From Moraxellaceae bacterium (GTDB taxonomy: Bacteria > Pseudomonadota > Gammaproteobacteria > Pseudomonadales > Moraxellaceae), in assembly GCA_004173455.1 (NCBI GenBank), contig SECL01000007.1:22107-86106 (forward strand): a stretch of DNA of 64,000 nt, in the 5' to 3' direction. Each line of letters starts with the position of its first letter. Within the stretch, counting starts at the first letter, position 1. The notes beneath the pieces were generated by a model that worked only from the letters and a program-made list of their open reading frames with translations, was not told the origin of the DNA and did not search any database. Of this stretch, positions 1 through 9,461 are shown in pieces. Position numbers and translations under genes: made by a program.

Positions 1-234
1 TCGCACCCGTAGCAATGCCGCATTTTGGCCAAAGCTACCATCATGGGTTGCAATATTTGCGGTTTTTAGCAATTGTTCTGCACGGTCCAATACCGTCTGG
101 TCTATTTGGCTTCCTGCCTTGGCGCCTGAAATCTGAACCGCTGGCTCGTCAGGATAGAGACTGGGCAGGGCATATAACGAACTGATCACCAGAACAAAAA
201 GGATCAGGACATATTTCCACGCTGGATAACGCAT
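1..234 (-). CDS. secD: Protein translocase subunit SecD, 5' part (truncated by window edge)
   Basis: Manual translation from ATG at 234: MRYPAWKYVLILFVLVISSLYALPSLYPDEPAVQISG..., the typical SecD N-terminus; lies directly downstream of yajC. Confidence 0.9.
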   Translation of the reverse strand, partial: MRYPAWKYVLILFVLVISSLYALPSLYPDEPAVQISGAKAGSQIDQTVLDRAEQLLKTANIATHDGSFGQNAALLRVR

Positions 235-285
235 TTGAATTCTACTTAAATGAAAAAAGGGATTGCTAAACCAATCCCTATAAAA

Positions 286-612
286 TTACAGACTGTTGAG
301 AGTGCCTTCTGGCAATACGGAAATGACCGCAGCTTTTTGAATTTTCACTTCATTGCCACGATTGAGTTCAACCACCGCATAATCACCGTCCACCTTGGTA
401 ATACGCCCCATCAATCCGCCGGCAAATACTACTTCACTGCCCACATTAACACTCTCTACCATGGCGCGATGTTCCTTAGTGCGCTTGGCTTGGGGACGCC
501 AGATCAGGAAATAGAAAATCAGGATAAAGCCAACCATCATCAGGATGGAGGGCAGCGGACTTTGTTGAGCAGCCGCAGGCGCAGCATAGGCTGTGGAAAT
601 CAATAAACTCAT
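286..612 (-). CDS. yajC: Preprotein translocase subunit YajC
   Basis: FYFLIWRPQAKR...VGSEVVFAGGLMGRITKV...KIQKAAV YajC signature; start moved to MSLLISTAYA (612). Confidence 0.95.
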   Translation of the reverse strand: MSLLISTAYAAPAAAQQSPLPSILMMVGFILIFYFLIWRPQAKRTKEHRAMVESVNVGSEVVFAGGLMGRITKVDGDYAVVELNRGNEVKIQKAAVISVLPEGTLNSL

Positions 613-777
613 TAACGAACCCTTCAAGCAGTGACAAAACAAACTTCTGCCACGAATAAAAATACAACGAATACTGGTGCTGCAATTTACCTTGTCTGGA
701 CTTTTGACGCAAATGGTTCAGACCTAAGGCATCATTTATTCACAAAAAAATGAAATCTGGCGCAATACTAAAATAGC

Positions 778-1362
778 TTAGCGCGTATGAAACTGGTAAA
801 ACGTGGAAGGGGTAACAACAGCATCTAATGGCTGATCCCATGCTTGTCGCGTCAGCCGTTCGGCCCGTTGAAAGTCATAGGCCAACCCCAAACGGTACGC
901 CTTGTGCTGTTTCCATAAAGTGCGGTCATAATAGCCGCCACCCATGCCAACTCTGGAACCATAACGGTCAAAGGCCAGTAATGGCATGATCAGTAAATCC
1001 AATCGGTTGACACGATGTCCACGCTGTCGCGGTTCATGCATGCCCAGCTTGTGAATAGAAAACCGCCGGTTTTGCCATTGCTGGCGATTAATGCGCACCC
1101 AGCGTAGTTTTTGGTCAACATTACAAATTTGCGGCAGGTAAATCTGCTTATGATGGTTAAAGCACAAATTAATGATGGCTTGAGTCGGGACTTCACCAAA
1201 GGCGCTCAGGTAAATGCCAATATGGCGTGCCTGCTGGAATACCGGCTGCCTGCGCAAATGCTGGGCGACCAGACGACCCGCCTGTTGCCGGGTACGCGCT
1301 GTTAACTTGCGGCGTTGCTGGCGGAGTTGTTTGCGCAAAGGTTTGAGTTGTTCGGGCGTCAT
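778..1362 (-). CDS. fau: 5-formyltetrahydrofolate cyclo-ligase
   Basis: DLLIMPLLAFDRYGSRVGMGGGYYDRTL motif; GLAYDFQ; WDQPLDAVVTP. Confidence 0.95.
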   Translation of the reverse strand: MTPEQLKPLRKQLRQQRRKLTARTRQQAGRLVAQHLRRQPVFQQARHIGIYLSAFGEVPTQAIINLCFNHHKQIYLPQICNVDQKLRWVRINRQQWQNRRFSIHKLGMHEPRQRGHRVNRLDLLIMPLLAFDRYGSRVGMGGGYYDRTLWKQHKAYRLGLAYDFQRAERLTRQAWDQPLDAVVTPSTFYQFHTR

Positions 1363-1503
1363 ATAGATTTTATCTTACTGTTTTATCGCGATAATTGTTT
1401 TTTTGCTAGCCGATCTTGTGTGCCGCTGATTTTGCATGAGCTTAACGCATGAAAAATACGCAACACAGTAATTCATTCAATGCATTCCTTGGATTGGACG
1501 ACG

Positions 1504-1761
1504 TTATTTTGTGGCAGGATCATTTAATGCCTGCAAAATAGGACAGCACGCAGTGTTAGAGTGCTCGCATTCATCAATCCAGCTGCTAAGACGCTGCTGT
1601 AAATACTGTAGTTCATCCATGCGCTGCTGGATTTCGTTCAGGCGCTTTTGGATCACCTCACGTACCCGTTGCTTGTCCTGTAGGCCATCAAGTGCCAATA
1701 ACTCGGCAATTTCATTGAGCTGTAAGCCCGCCTGTTTGGCCAGCTTGCCAATGGTAAACAT
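1504..1761 (-). pseudogene. MerR/CueR-family regulator with in-frame deletion of most of the HTH DNA-binding domain (85 aa)
   Basis: MFTIGKLAKQAG joins directly to LQLNEIAELLAL; the TIRYYE...GYRxY...RLRFI segment is missing; dimerisation helix and C-terminal CEHSNTACCPIL metal loop are retained; divergent from copA. Confidence 0.8.
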
Positions 1762-1823
1762 GTCAGTTATGACCTCATGAATAGACTTAAAACAAATTAG
1801 TAAAACACGCTTACAGTGGGGAC

Positions 1824-1855
1824 TTGACTCTGTACTCGGGTACAGGGTTTATCGT
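1824..1855 (+). promoter_or_regulatory. MerR-type promoter/operator for copA
   Basis: TTGACT (1824-1829), dyad ACTCTGTAC-TCGG-GTACAGGGT (1827-1848), TATCGT (1850-1855); elongated 19-20 bp spacer typical of MerR-activated promoters. Confidence 0.8.
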
Positions 1856-1889
1856 GTTTTTTAGCTAAAGTCAACTCAGGGTATTGATT

Positions 1890-4283
1890 ATGGAACACGC
1901 TGAATCAGAGCAACCAGACCACAAAAACCATTCTGCTTGCTGTGGTGGCGCAACACCCAGTGCTGCTACAGAGAATCAGGCTAGCGTAGAAAGCCAGACG
2001 CAGTCGGCCATTGATCCCGTATGCGGCATGACAGTGAGTACAGCCAGCCAGTGGCATACCGATTATCAGCAGCAACATTATTATTTTTGCCGCGAAGGAT
2101 GCTTAATCAAATTTCAGGCTGAGCCAGAAAAATACTTGCAACCAAAAGCCGCAGAACCGTTACCGGCCGGTGCAGAGGAGATGCTGTACACCTGTCCGAT
2201 GGATCCGGAAATTGTACAAAAAGGACCGGGCACTTGTCCGATTTGTGGCATGGCGCTAGAACCCATGCAGCCCAGTTTAACCGATGAGAAGTCGCCGGAA
2301 CTGATTGATTTTAGTCGCCGGTTTTACTGGACCTTACCGCTGTCGATCCTTGTGATGGCACTGGCCATGCTGGGGCAGCATATAACAGGTCTGTCCGCTG
2401 GCCTGCGTAGTGGAATGGAGTTGTTGCTGAGTCTGCCGGTAGTACTGTGGGCGGGCTGGCCAATTTTGCAGCGTTGTTTTGCCTCATTAAAAACCCGTCA
2501 TCTCAATATGTGGACACTGATTGGCATTGGCGTGACGGCTTCGGTTGTCTATAGCGTAGTGGCAACGCTAGCACCGCAAATTTTCCCGCAGTCGTTTTAT
2601 ATGCATGGTCGGGTCGGGGTGTATTTTGAAGCGGCCTGTATGATTGTCTCGCTGACGCTGTTTGGACAAATTCTGGAGTTAAAAGCACGCTCTCAAACTT
2701 CCAGTGCCTTAAAAAGCCTGCTGGGCTTACAGGCCAATACGGCATGGCGGGTGCAGAACGGGCAGGCTGAAGAAATTCTACTGGAACAGGTACAGGTGGG
2801 CGACCGGTTGCGCATCCGGCCGGGTGATAAAGTTCCAGTAGATGGCATTGTGCTAGACGGTTCGACCACGATTGATGAATCCATGCTCACCGGTGAACCA
2901 ATGCCGGTTAAAAAGCAGGCCGGTGACCGGGTAATTGGCGCAACCCTCAATGGTAGTGGTACGCTGTTGATTGAAGCACAGCACATTGGGCAGGACAGTA
3001 TGCTGGCACAAATTGTACAGTTGGTGGCCGATGCGCAGCGTTCGCGGGCGCCGATGCAGCGCATTGCAGATAAGGTCGCGGGTGGTTTTGTGCTGGCCGT
3101 GCTAACCATTGCCATCGTCACATTTGTCGTGTGGGCATGGTTTGGCCCCGAACCGCAGCTCAGTTATGCCTTACTCAATAGTGTAGCGGTGCTAATTATT
3201 GCCTGTCCGTGCGCTTTAGGCTTGGCCACTCCGATGTCCATTATGGCCGCCACTGGTCGGGCGGCAACCAGTGGCGTGTTGTTTAGCAATGCCGAAGCCA
3301 TCGAGCAATTGCGGCAGGTGACCACGGTGGTGATTGATAAAACCGGCACCTTAACTGAAGGTCGGCCAGTATTGAATCGCTTACTGGCCAAAACAGACCA
3401 GTTTGACAATGATCAGCTTTTGGGCATGCTGGCATCACTGGAGCAGGGCAGCGAGCATCCACTGGCACGTGCCATTATGCAAGCCGCACACGCCCAAAAT
3501 ATTAGTCTGCAAACAGTGCAGGATTTTGATTCATCATCCGGAATTGGTGTGCAAGCCAATCTTAACGGCAAACAGTTAATGGCCGGTAGTGAAAGCTGGC
3601 TCAAGCAGTCGAACATTGCGCTGGATGACGCGACCCAGCGTCAGGCCGAGGAATTACGTCATCAGGGTGAGATTATTTTGTATTTTGCCATTAATGGACA
3701 ACTGGCTGCTTTGGTGAGTGTGAATGATCCAATCAAGGCCACCACCGCACAAGCCCTGCGTTTTTTAAAATCGCAAAATCTTGAGGTGATTATGGCAACC
3801 GGTGACAGTCAGGCCAGTGCCAATCTTGTGGCAAAAACACTGGACATTACACAAGCCTATGGTGACATGACATCGCATAGTAAAGCGGAGCTGGTCAAAC
3901 AATTGCAACAACAGGGCAAGGTAGTGGCTATGGCGGGTGATGGGATTAATGATGCACCCGCACTAGCCGCCGCATCCGTGGGCATTGCCATGGGCACCGG
4001 TACTGATATTGCCATGCAAAGTGCCAGTGTGACACTGGTCAAAGGTGACCTGTATGGCATTGCACGGGCTTATCGCTTGTCACAGGCTACGGTGAAAAAC
4101 ATGAAACAAAATTTGGCGTTTTCCCTGCTGTACAACGCCATAGGTATCCCGGTTGCGGCTGGCGTGCTTTATCCGCTGTTTGGCATTTTACTCACCCCCA
4201 TGATGGCGGCACTGGCCATGTCACTAAGCTCGGTATCGGTGGTGATGAATGCCTTGCGCCTGAGTCGGTTCAAGCTGGACTAA
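1890..4283 (+). CDS. copA: Cu(I)-translocating P1B-1 ATPase with N-terminal YHS and heavy-metal-binding domains
   Basis: DPVCGM YHS domain, [47 protein letters not shown] and MSLSS Cu(I) motifs. Confidence 0.95.
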   Translation: MEHAESEQPDHKNHSACCGGATPSAATENQASVESQTQSAIDPVCGMTVSTASQWHTDYQQQHYYFCREGCLIKFQAEPEKYLQPKAAEPLPAGAEEMLYTCPMDPEIVQKGPGTCPICGMALEPMQPSLTDEKSPELIDFSRRFYWTLPLSILVMALAMLGQHITGLSAGLRSGMELLLSLPVVLWAGWPILQRCFASLKTRHLNMWTLIGIGVTASVVYSVVATLAPQIFPQSFYMHGRVGVYFEAACMIVSLTLFGQILELKARSQTSSALKSLLGLQANTAWRVQNGQAEEILLEQVQVGDRLRIRPGDKVPVDGIVLDGSTTIDESMLTGEPMPVKKQAGDRVIGATLNGSGTLLIEAQHIGQDSMLAQIVQLVADAQRSRAPMQRIADKVAGGFVLAVLTIAIVTFVVWAWFGPEPQLSYALLNSVAVLIIACPCALGLATPMSIMAATGRAATSGVLFSNAEAIEQLRQVTTVVIDKTGTLTEGRPVLNRLLAKTDQFDNDQLLGMLASLEQGSEHPLARAIMQAAHAQNISLQTVQDFDSSSGIGVQANLNGKQLMAGSESWLKQSNIALDDATQRQAEELRHQGEIILYFAINGQLAALVSVNDPIKATTAQALRFLKSQNLEVIMATGDSQASANLVAKTLDITQAYGDMTSHSKAELVKQLQQQGKVVAMAGDGINDAPALAAASVGIAMGTGTDIAMQSASVTLVKGDLYGIARAYRLSQATVKNMKQNLAFSLLYNAIGIPVAAGVLYPLFGILLTPMMAALAMSLSSVSVVMNALRLSRFKLD

Positions 4284-4331
4284 GTAGAAATTACCTGAAA
4301 TTAAGCACACAGCATGGCCTGATGAACACGA

Positions 4332-4382
4332 GCCACATTGACCAAACTCTCAAGCGTTTTGCCGTACACGTGTCAATGTGGC
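4332..4382. repeat. Perfect 11-bp inverted repeat GCCACATTGAC / GTCAATGTGGC, 29-nt spacer
   Basis: Read directly at 4332-4342 and 4372-4382, between copA and the binding-protein gene. Confidence 0.8.
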
Positions 4383-4439
4383 AACACACAAGCCGTGCTT
4401 TAATCCTGCTTAAAGATTAGTCAAGCAGGATGCAAAAAA

Positions 4440-5684
4440 ATGAAAAACCTCAAGCACGTTTTCTCAAAAAACCAACTGTGCGGCAGTATGTTATGGGCTG
4501 CCGCCGCTTCCTGCCTACTGCCTGTAACGGCCTATGCAGTGCCTGCCAGCAAGCCTGAGCCACAACTCAGCCAGTTGGTGATTGGCCGTATTCAAAAGCT
4601 GATGGATAACCCCGCCACATGGCAAAAAATCCCCAAGCAAGTTACCTTGTGTGTGTATTCACCCGATGGACCAAAAGGCGAAAGCTTCAAGCAGGCCATG
4701 AGCTACTTGACCGAAGTGCCCAAATATACCCGTATGGCCAAGGATATCGGCATCGACCTGAATGTGACTATGCTCAACCCGAATACACTGCGTATTGATC
4801 TGGGTTATCCCAAGCTGAAAAAAAGTGCCAGTACCGAAACCAAAATTCGGGTTTACAGCGATGAACGCGTTTTGGCTGAAGATTTTAAAATGAAAAAATG
4901 CGATGGCGCGGGCATGAGTAATATTCGCGCGCGGCAGTTTAATGCTTTTACTGGCAGCATGGATGCCATCGGCGGTATTCTTACCTACCAGCAACTGTCC
5001 GAAGCTATTAGCCTGCTGTCACGACCTGAATTTGCCAGCCGTATGAGCAACAAGGATTACGAAGTGGTGGGCGTTATTCCACTGGGGGCAGCTTATATCA
5101 TGGTCAATGATCGCAAGATCAATACGCTGGCCAAGGCGGCAGGCAAAAAAGTGGCGGTGTTTGATTTTGATAAATCACAGGCCAAACTGGTGCAGCGGGT
5201 GGGTGCTCAACCTGTCGCGGTGGATTTTACCTCGGTGGGCGGCAAGTTTAATAATGGCGAAGTTCAGGTCATGGCAGGCCCTGCGCTCATTTTTAAACCG
5301 ATGGAACTGGCCAAAGGCATGACAGGGTCGGATGGTCAGGTACAAGGTGCCATTATCCGTTTTCCACTGATGCAGGTCACCGGTGTACTGATGATGCACC
5401 GTGGCAAGTTTCCCGATGGACTGGGTCAGATTGTGCGTGAAGTGAGTTCGCTCAACCTTGCACCGGCTTATGATTTTGTCTATCGAACCGAAAATGACAT
5501 TCCGGTCAAATACTGGATGGATGTGCCAAGTACTGATAAACCCGGTTATCTTAAAATGATGCGTGAAGCCCGCATTGCCATGACCAAAGAAGGCTATTAC
5601 GACAAAACCATGATGCAGTTTTTAAAACGGGTACGCTGCAAGTTTGAGCCTTCTAATTACGAATGCAGCATGAATGATGAGTAA
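4440..5684 (+). CDS. Putative secreted solute-binding protein (DUF6091 / AdeT-like, TRAP-SBP-related)
   Basis: Signal peptide; YSDERVLAEDFKMKKCDG, GVIPLGAAY, LAKAAGKKVAVFDFD, FNNG and C-terminal RVRCKFEPSNYEC pattern of this family. Confidence 0.7.
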   Translation: MKNLKHVFSKNQLCGSMLWAAAASCLLPVTAYAVPASKPEPQLSQLVIGRIQKLMDNPATWQKIPKQVTLCVYSPDGPKGESFKQAMSYLTEVPKYTRMAKDIGIDLNVTMLNPNTLRIDLGYPKLKKSASTETKIRVYSDERVLAEDFKMKKCDGAGMSNIRARQFNAFTGSMDAIGGILTYQQLSEAISLLSRPEFASRMSNKDYEVVGVIPLGAAYIMVNDRKINTLAKAAGKKVAVFDFDKSQAKLVQRVGAQPVAVDFTSVGGKFNNGEVQVMAGPALIFKPMELAKGMTGSDGQVQGAIIRFPLMQVTGVLMMHRGKFPDGLGQIVREVSSLNLAPAYDFVYRTENDIPVKYWMDVPSTDKPGYLKMMREARIAMTKEGYYDKTMMQFLKRVRCKFEPSNYECSMNDE

Positions 5685-5727
5685 GGGCTGATTAAGCGAC
5701 ACTATATTAAAAGGCTTTCGTAAAAAG

Positions 5728-5751
5728 CATGCTGTTTTAAAAAACAGCATG
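5728..5751. promoter_or_regulatory. Palindrome CATGCTGTTTT-AA-AAAACAGCATG upstream of alkB (operator or hairpin)
   Basis: 11-bp perfect arms about 100 bp upstream of the alkane monooxygenase start. Confidence 0.45.
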
Positions 5752-5853
5752 TCTTAAAATGAATGACAAATGTCCTTTAGTGAATATCAGCACCCCTATT
5801 TCCTCGCCACAATAGGCTATATCAAGCCAAGATAAAAAATTGTGGAGATAATC

Positions 5854-7071
5854 ATGAACGCTTTAACACACCGTGAGACAGACCAGCAGTCCATCCAATT
5901 TAAGGATAACAAGCGCAAGCTATGGCTGTTGGGATTAGTCGTTCCCAATATTGCCAATGCCGCGTTTTTAGGGTATCAGTTTGGCCCAAAAATAACCCGT
6001 AAGTTATTTGCCGCTGCGGGTCCTTTGGCATTGCATCTTATTATTCCCGCCATTGATAAACACATGGGAGAAGATCCTGATAATCCGCCCGAAGCTGCCA
6101 TTGCCGCGCTGGAAAACGATGTCTACTATGCGCGCGTCGTCAAGTTATTCATTCCCTTTCAACTCATTGCCAATTTTTATGGCAACTATATTGCCAGCAG
6201 GGAATCCACACCGCTTATAGACCGTATTTTAATAGGGCATCTTCTGGGTGTGGTCAACGGCGTGGCAACCAATACTGCGCATGAACTCAGTCATAAAGCC
6301 GGCAAGCTGGAACATTATTTATCACATGTCAGCTTGGCACCCACGGGCTACAATCATTTTCGCATTGAACATCCTTACGGCCATCACCGTCGTGTTGCAA
6401 CCCCTGAGGATCCGGCCTCATCGCAACTGGGTGAAAGCTTTTGGCAGTTCTGGCCACGCACTGTGGTAGGCAGCTTTAAATCCGCCATTGAGATTGAAAC
6501 CCGACGGTTGGCGCGTAAAGGCAAAAATTTCTGGTCACTGGACAATGAACTAATTCACGGCTGGGCACTGAGCGCGGCATATCACCTGATCATGCTCAAA
6601 TGCTTTGGCACCCGAATTATTCCCACCCAGCTCACGCAAGCATTTTGTGGCATTACCCTGTTTGAAGCCGTCAACTATATGGAACATTACGGCTTAAAAC
6701 GAGATGATTTGGGCAACGGACGCTACGCACGCACCATGCCAGAGCATAGCTGGAACAATAACAGTATGTTTAGTAACGTCCTGTTGTACCAGTTACAGCG
6801 TCATTCGGATCATCATGCATATCCTACCCGTAGTTTTCAGTCGCTGCGTCATTACGCCAATGTACCGCAGCTTCCTGCTGGGTATGCCAGTATGGTATTG
6901 CCGGCTCTCATTCCAAGCTGGTGGTTTAAGCTCATGGATGAGCGGGTCATTGCGCACTACGAGGGTCATATTGAAAAAATCAATATTTACCCAAAAGCGC
7001 GGCAACGATTACTCAATCAATATGCTCATCTGTTTCAGCGCAAGCCAAATCCGGATACGCTGCCAGACTAA
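5854..7071 (+). CDS. alkB: Alkane 1-monooxygenase (AlkB/AlkM, non-heme di-iron integral membrane)
   Basis: His boxes HELSH, EHPYGHH, NYMEHYG, LQRHSDHHA; GGAGA RBS before ATG 5854. Confidence 0.95.
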   Translation: MNALTHRETDQQSIQFKDNKRKLWLLGLVVPNIANAAFLGYQFGPKITRKLFAAAGPLALHLIIPAIDKHMGEDPDNPPEAAIAALENDVYYARVVKLFIPFQLIANFYGNYIASRESTPLIDRILIGHLLGVVNGVATNTAHELSHKAGKLEHYLSHVSLAPTGYNHFRIEHPYGHHRRVATPEDPASSQLGESFWQFWPRTVVGSFKSAIEIETRRLARKGKNFWSLDNELIHGWALSAAYHLIMLKCFGTRIIPTQLTQAFCGITLFEAVNYMEHYGLKRDDLGNGRYARTMPEHSWNNNSMFSNVLLYQLQRHSDHHAYPTRSFQSLRHYANVPQLPAGYASMVLPALIPSWWFKLMDERVIAHYEGHIEKINIYPKARQRLLNQYAHLFQRKPNPDTLPD

Positions 7072-7116
7072 AACACCAGCCTATTCATCACACATCATCC
7101 ATCACAGCGTGCAGAC

Positions 7117-8142
7117 ATGATCAGTAAAACGATTCCACTTATTCCGGTACGTTATTACCTCAGGCTGATTGAGCTTATTGTTTCACGGGGCAGTTCAACG
7201 CAAGCGCTGCTGGATGAATTCAATATTGATATCCAGAAATTTCTTGCCGAACCGGATCTCAAGGTGTCGGTAGAGCAGGTAGAAAAATTTGTTCACTATT
7301 GTTTACGCAATCCGGCCAATCATGATCTGGCATTTGAGCTTGGCCACTCACTGCACCTAAGTGCCCATAGTCTGGTCGGGTATGCGATTTTGACCTGTGA
7401 CAGCATTGAGCATGCGATTACATTGGTCACCCGCTATTTTAGTTTGATTATGCCCAGCTTCAAGGCTTCTATCCGCTACAACCAGCAAAATCAGTTGGAG
7501 CTGCTCATTGTCCCCGAGCTGGATATGGAAGCCCTAACGCTAAATTTTCATGTTGAAGCCATTTCCGTAGCTTTATATAACAATATCAATGAATTAATTA
7601 ATAATAGTCTAACCAGCTATCATATTTTTTTATCGATACCTGCACCGTTGCATGTACAAAAATTTAATCGCTTAACCAATGCAACTTTTCATTTTAATGC
7701 TCTGCACAGCACTGGACTAAAACTTATTTTAGGTCAAACCCTGCTCAATCATAAATTGCCCCTAGCTGATGAAATGACCTTAAAAGCAGTTGAGCTGCGA
7801 TGTCAGGAGCAAATGAAAGAAATCACCGAATCACAGGGTTTTCCCGAGTGGATTGAAAAATTATTAATGAATGCCTATCAATTGCCCACGCTGGCAGAAT
7901 GTGCAGGTCTACTGCATGTATCGACCAAGACCTTACAGCGACAGTTGCGCAAAAAAAATACAGATTTTAATACTATTAAAAAACAGGTGATTGTATTTAG
8001 AGCCAAGCAAAGACTAACGACGTCAACTGATAGTATTACCCAGATTGCCTATGAGTTAGGCTACTCGTCATCGTCAAATTTTGCCCGGTCATTTAAGGCA
8101 TTGATTGGGATAAGCCCTGAGAACTACAGAAATGGACAGTAA
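7117..8142 (+). CDS. AraC-family transcriptional regulator (probable alkane-responsive AlkR-like)
   Basis: C-terminal double HTH (TLAECAGLLHVSTKTLQRQL; SITQIAYELGYSSSSNFARSFK); directly downstream of alkB. Confidence 0.85.
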   Translation: MISKTIPLIPVRYYLRLIELIVSRGSSTQALLDEFNIDIQKFLAEPDLKVSVEQVEKFVHYCLRNPANHDLAFELGHSLHLSAHSLVGYAILTCDSIEHAITLVTRYFSLIMPSFKASIRYNQQNQLELLIVPELDMEALTLNFHVEAISVALYNNINELINNSLTSYHIFLSIPAPLHVQKFNRLTNATFHFNALHSTGLKLILGQTLLNHKLPLADEMTLKAVELRCQEQMKEITESQGFPEWIEKLLMNAYQLPTLAECAGLLHVSTKTLQRQLRKKNTDFNTIKKQVIVFRAKQRLTTSTDSITQIAYELGYSSSSNFARSFKALIGISPENYRNGQ

Positions 8143-8254
8143 GATAATTTAGATCATTAAGTTCAGAAGATAAAAATTTAAAATGAAAAAATAGAAAGAT
8201 AATTTAGAAAAAGAGAAAAATTATAAATTGATTATAAACTCACAAAATAAAAGC

Positions 8255-8428
8255 TCCAAAGTGCCGCTGTGTATCGTTACCCTTGAACCCTAAAGTTCAA
8301 GGCGGAGGCGACGCCAACTTAAAGGCTTTCTACCCGAAGGCAGACATGCGCACAAAGTCAGCAGACCGCATCCATACGTGTTGATATCGGCTCAGGGGAT
8401 TAGGACACACTGGCGAACACTTCAGATT
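8255..8428 (-). ncRNA. ssrS: 6S RNA
   Basis: Minus strand reads GTGTTCGCC...TCCCCTGAGCCGATA...CCTTGAAC..TAGGGTTCAAGGGT..GCGGCAC, matching the gammaproteobacterial 6S pattern; downstream of zapA. Confidence 0.92.
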
Positions 8429-8434
8429 GATTTC

Positions 8435-8462
8435 ATTATAGCCTAGACGACAGCGCTTGTAA
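8435..8462 (-). promoter_or_regulatory. Sigma70 promoter for 6S RNA
   Basis: TTACAA-16 bp-TATAAT on the minus strand just upstream of the 6S 5' end. Confidence 0.6.
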
Positions 8463-8569
8463 TCCCTGTGATTGTGCATTTGCTTTATTTTTTGGCAAAG
8501 CTTTTGTTGAGCTTTGTATAAAAAACAATTTTAGGGCTTGACCTTCACATTGTAGGTTAAAGGTAATAT

Positions 8570-8854
8570 TTAGCTATGTTGTGCCAGTGTTTTTTCAGCG
8601 TCATTAATCATTTGTTTGATTAGGCGCTGGCAATGGGTTTGCTCCTGCAAACCTTTGTTTAAGCTTAATACTTCCTGCGCTAGACTCAAGGCCACCATGA
8701 CCGCCAGTCGCTCAGATTCAAGCCGTGGCATATTGCGACGCATTTCCTGAAACTTTTGTTCCAGCAGATTGACTGCTTTTTGTAACTGCTCTTGTTCATT
8801 GGGTTCGCTGGCCAGTTTATAGCTGCGATCCAGCAGTCGTACTTCAATGGTCAT
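8570..8854 (-). CDS. zapA: Cell division protein ZapA
   Basis: IEVRLLDRSYKL...ERLAVMVALSLA; position next to ssrS. Confidence 0.85.
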   Translation of the reverse strand: MTIEVRLLDRSYKLASEPNEQEQLQKAVNLLEQKFQEMRRNMPRLESERLAVMVALSLAQEVLSLNKGLQEQTHCQRLIKQMINDAEKTLAQHS

Positions 8855-9408
8855 GCTTCATTTCCTTCTTCATCAGCCGCCGGATTTTCAAGTGTTGCAA
8901 TATCCTGATTGGCCTGTGCCGGACTCAAACCTTGCCCGAGTGAGGCCAGCCGCTGGATGATGGCTTCTACTTTTTGCTTGGCATGTTCATTTTTGATGAT
9001 TAAACCATCACGTTCTTTAAGCAGGCTCTGGTGTTTCTGATTGAGCTGCTGCTGTTCACCACTCAATTTGTCGCGCTCGTTTTTGAGCTGGTCACGCACC
9101 ACCAGCAAGGACTCAAAGCGGTTTTTGAGCTCACCGGCATTTTGCTCCAAGCGGCCATAACGTTCGGCCAGCGCGGTTGCATCGGTTTGCAGGCTGATAT
9201 AACGCTGCTGGAATTGTTCCAGCTCTTGTTCCAGTTCCTGATTACGCACATTGGTGAGTTCCAGTGCTTCACGCACGGCTGGGTCTTCCACCGTTTTTGG
9301 TTTGGCATCCAGCTCGATACGCAATTCCTGGTTCTGCGTTTGCACCAATTGCAACTGAGTGGTTAATTTTTGAATGAGCGTTTGTAAACGCTGAACTTCT
9401 TCCAACAT
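8851..9408 (-). CDS. Coiled-coil ZapB-like cell division protein
   Basis: Long heptad coiled coil ending AKQKVEAIIQRL; overlaps the zapA start; start placed at MLEEVQ (9408). Confidence 0.6.
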   Translation of the reverse strand: MLEEVQRLQTLIQKLTTQLQLVQTQNQELRIELDAKPKTVEDPAVREALELTNVRNQELEQELEQFQQRYISLQTDATALAERYGRLEQNAGELKNRFESLLVVRDQLKNERDKLSGEQQQLNQKHQSLLKERDGLIIKNEHAKQKVEAIIQRLASLGQGLSPAQANQDIATLENPAADEEGNEA

Positions 9409-9461
9409 GATTGGGTCGCGTCGCTTAACAATGAAGGGTAATATAGAGGTCAAGATAGAGG

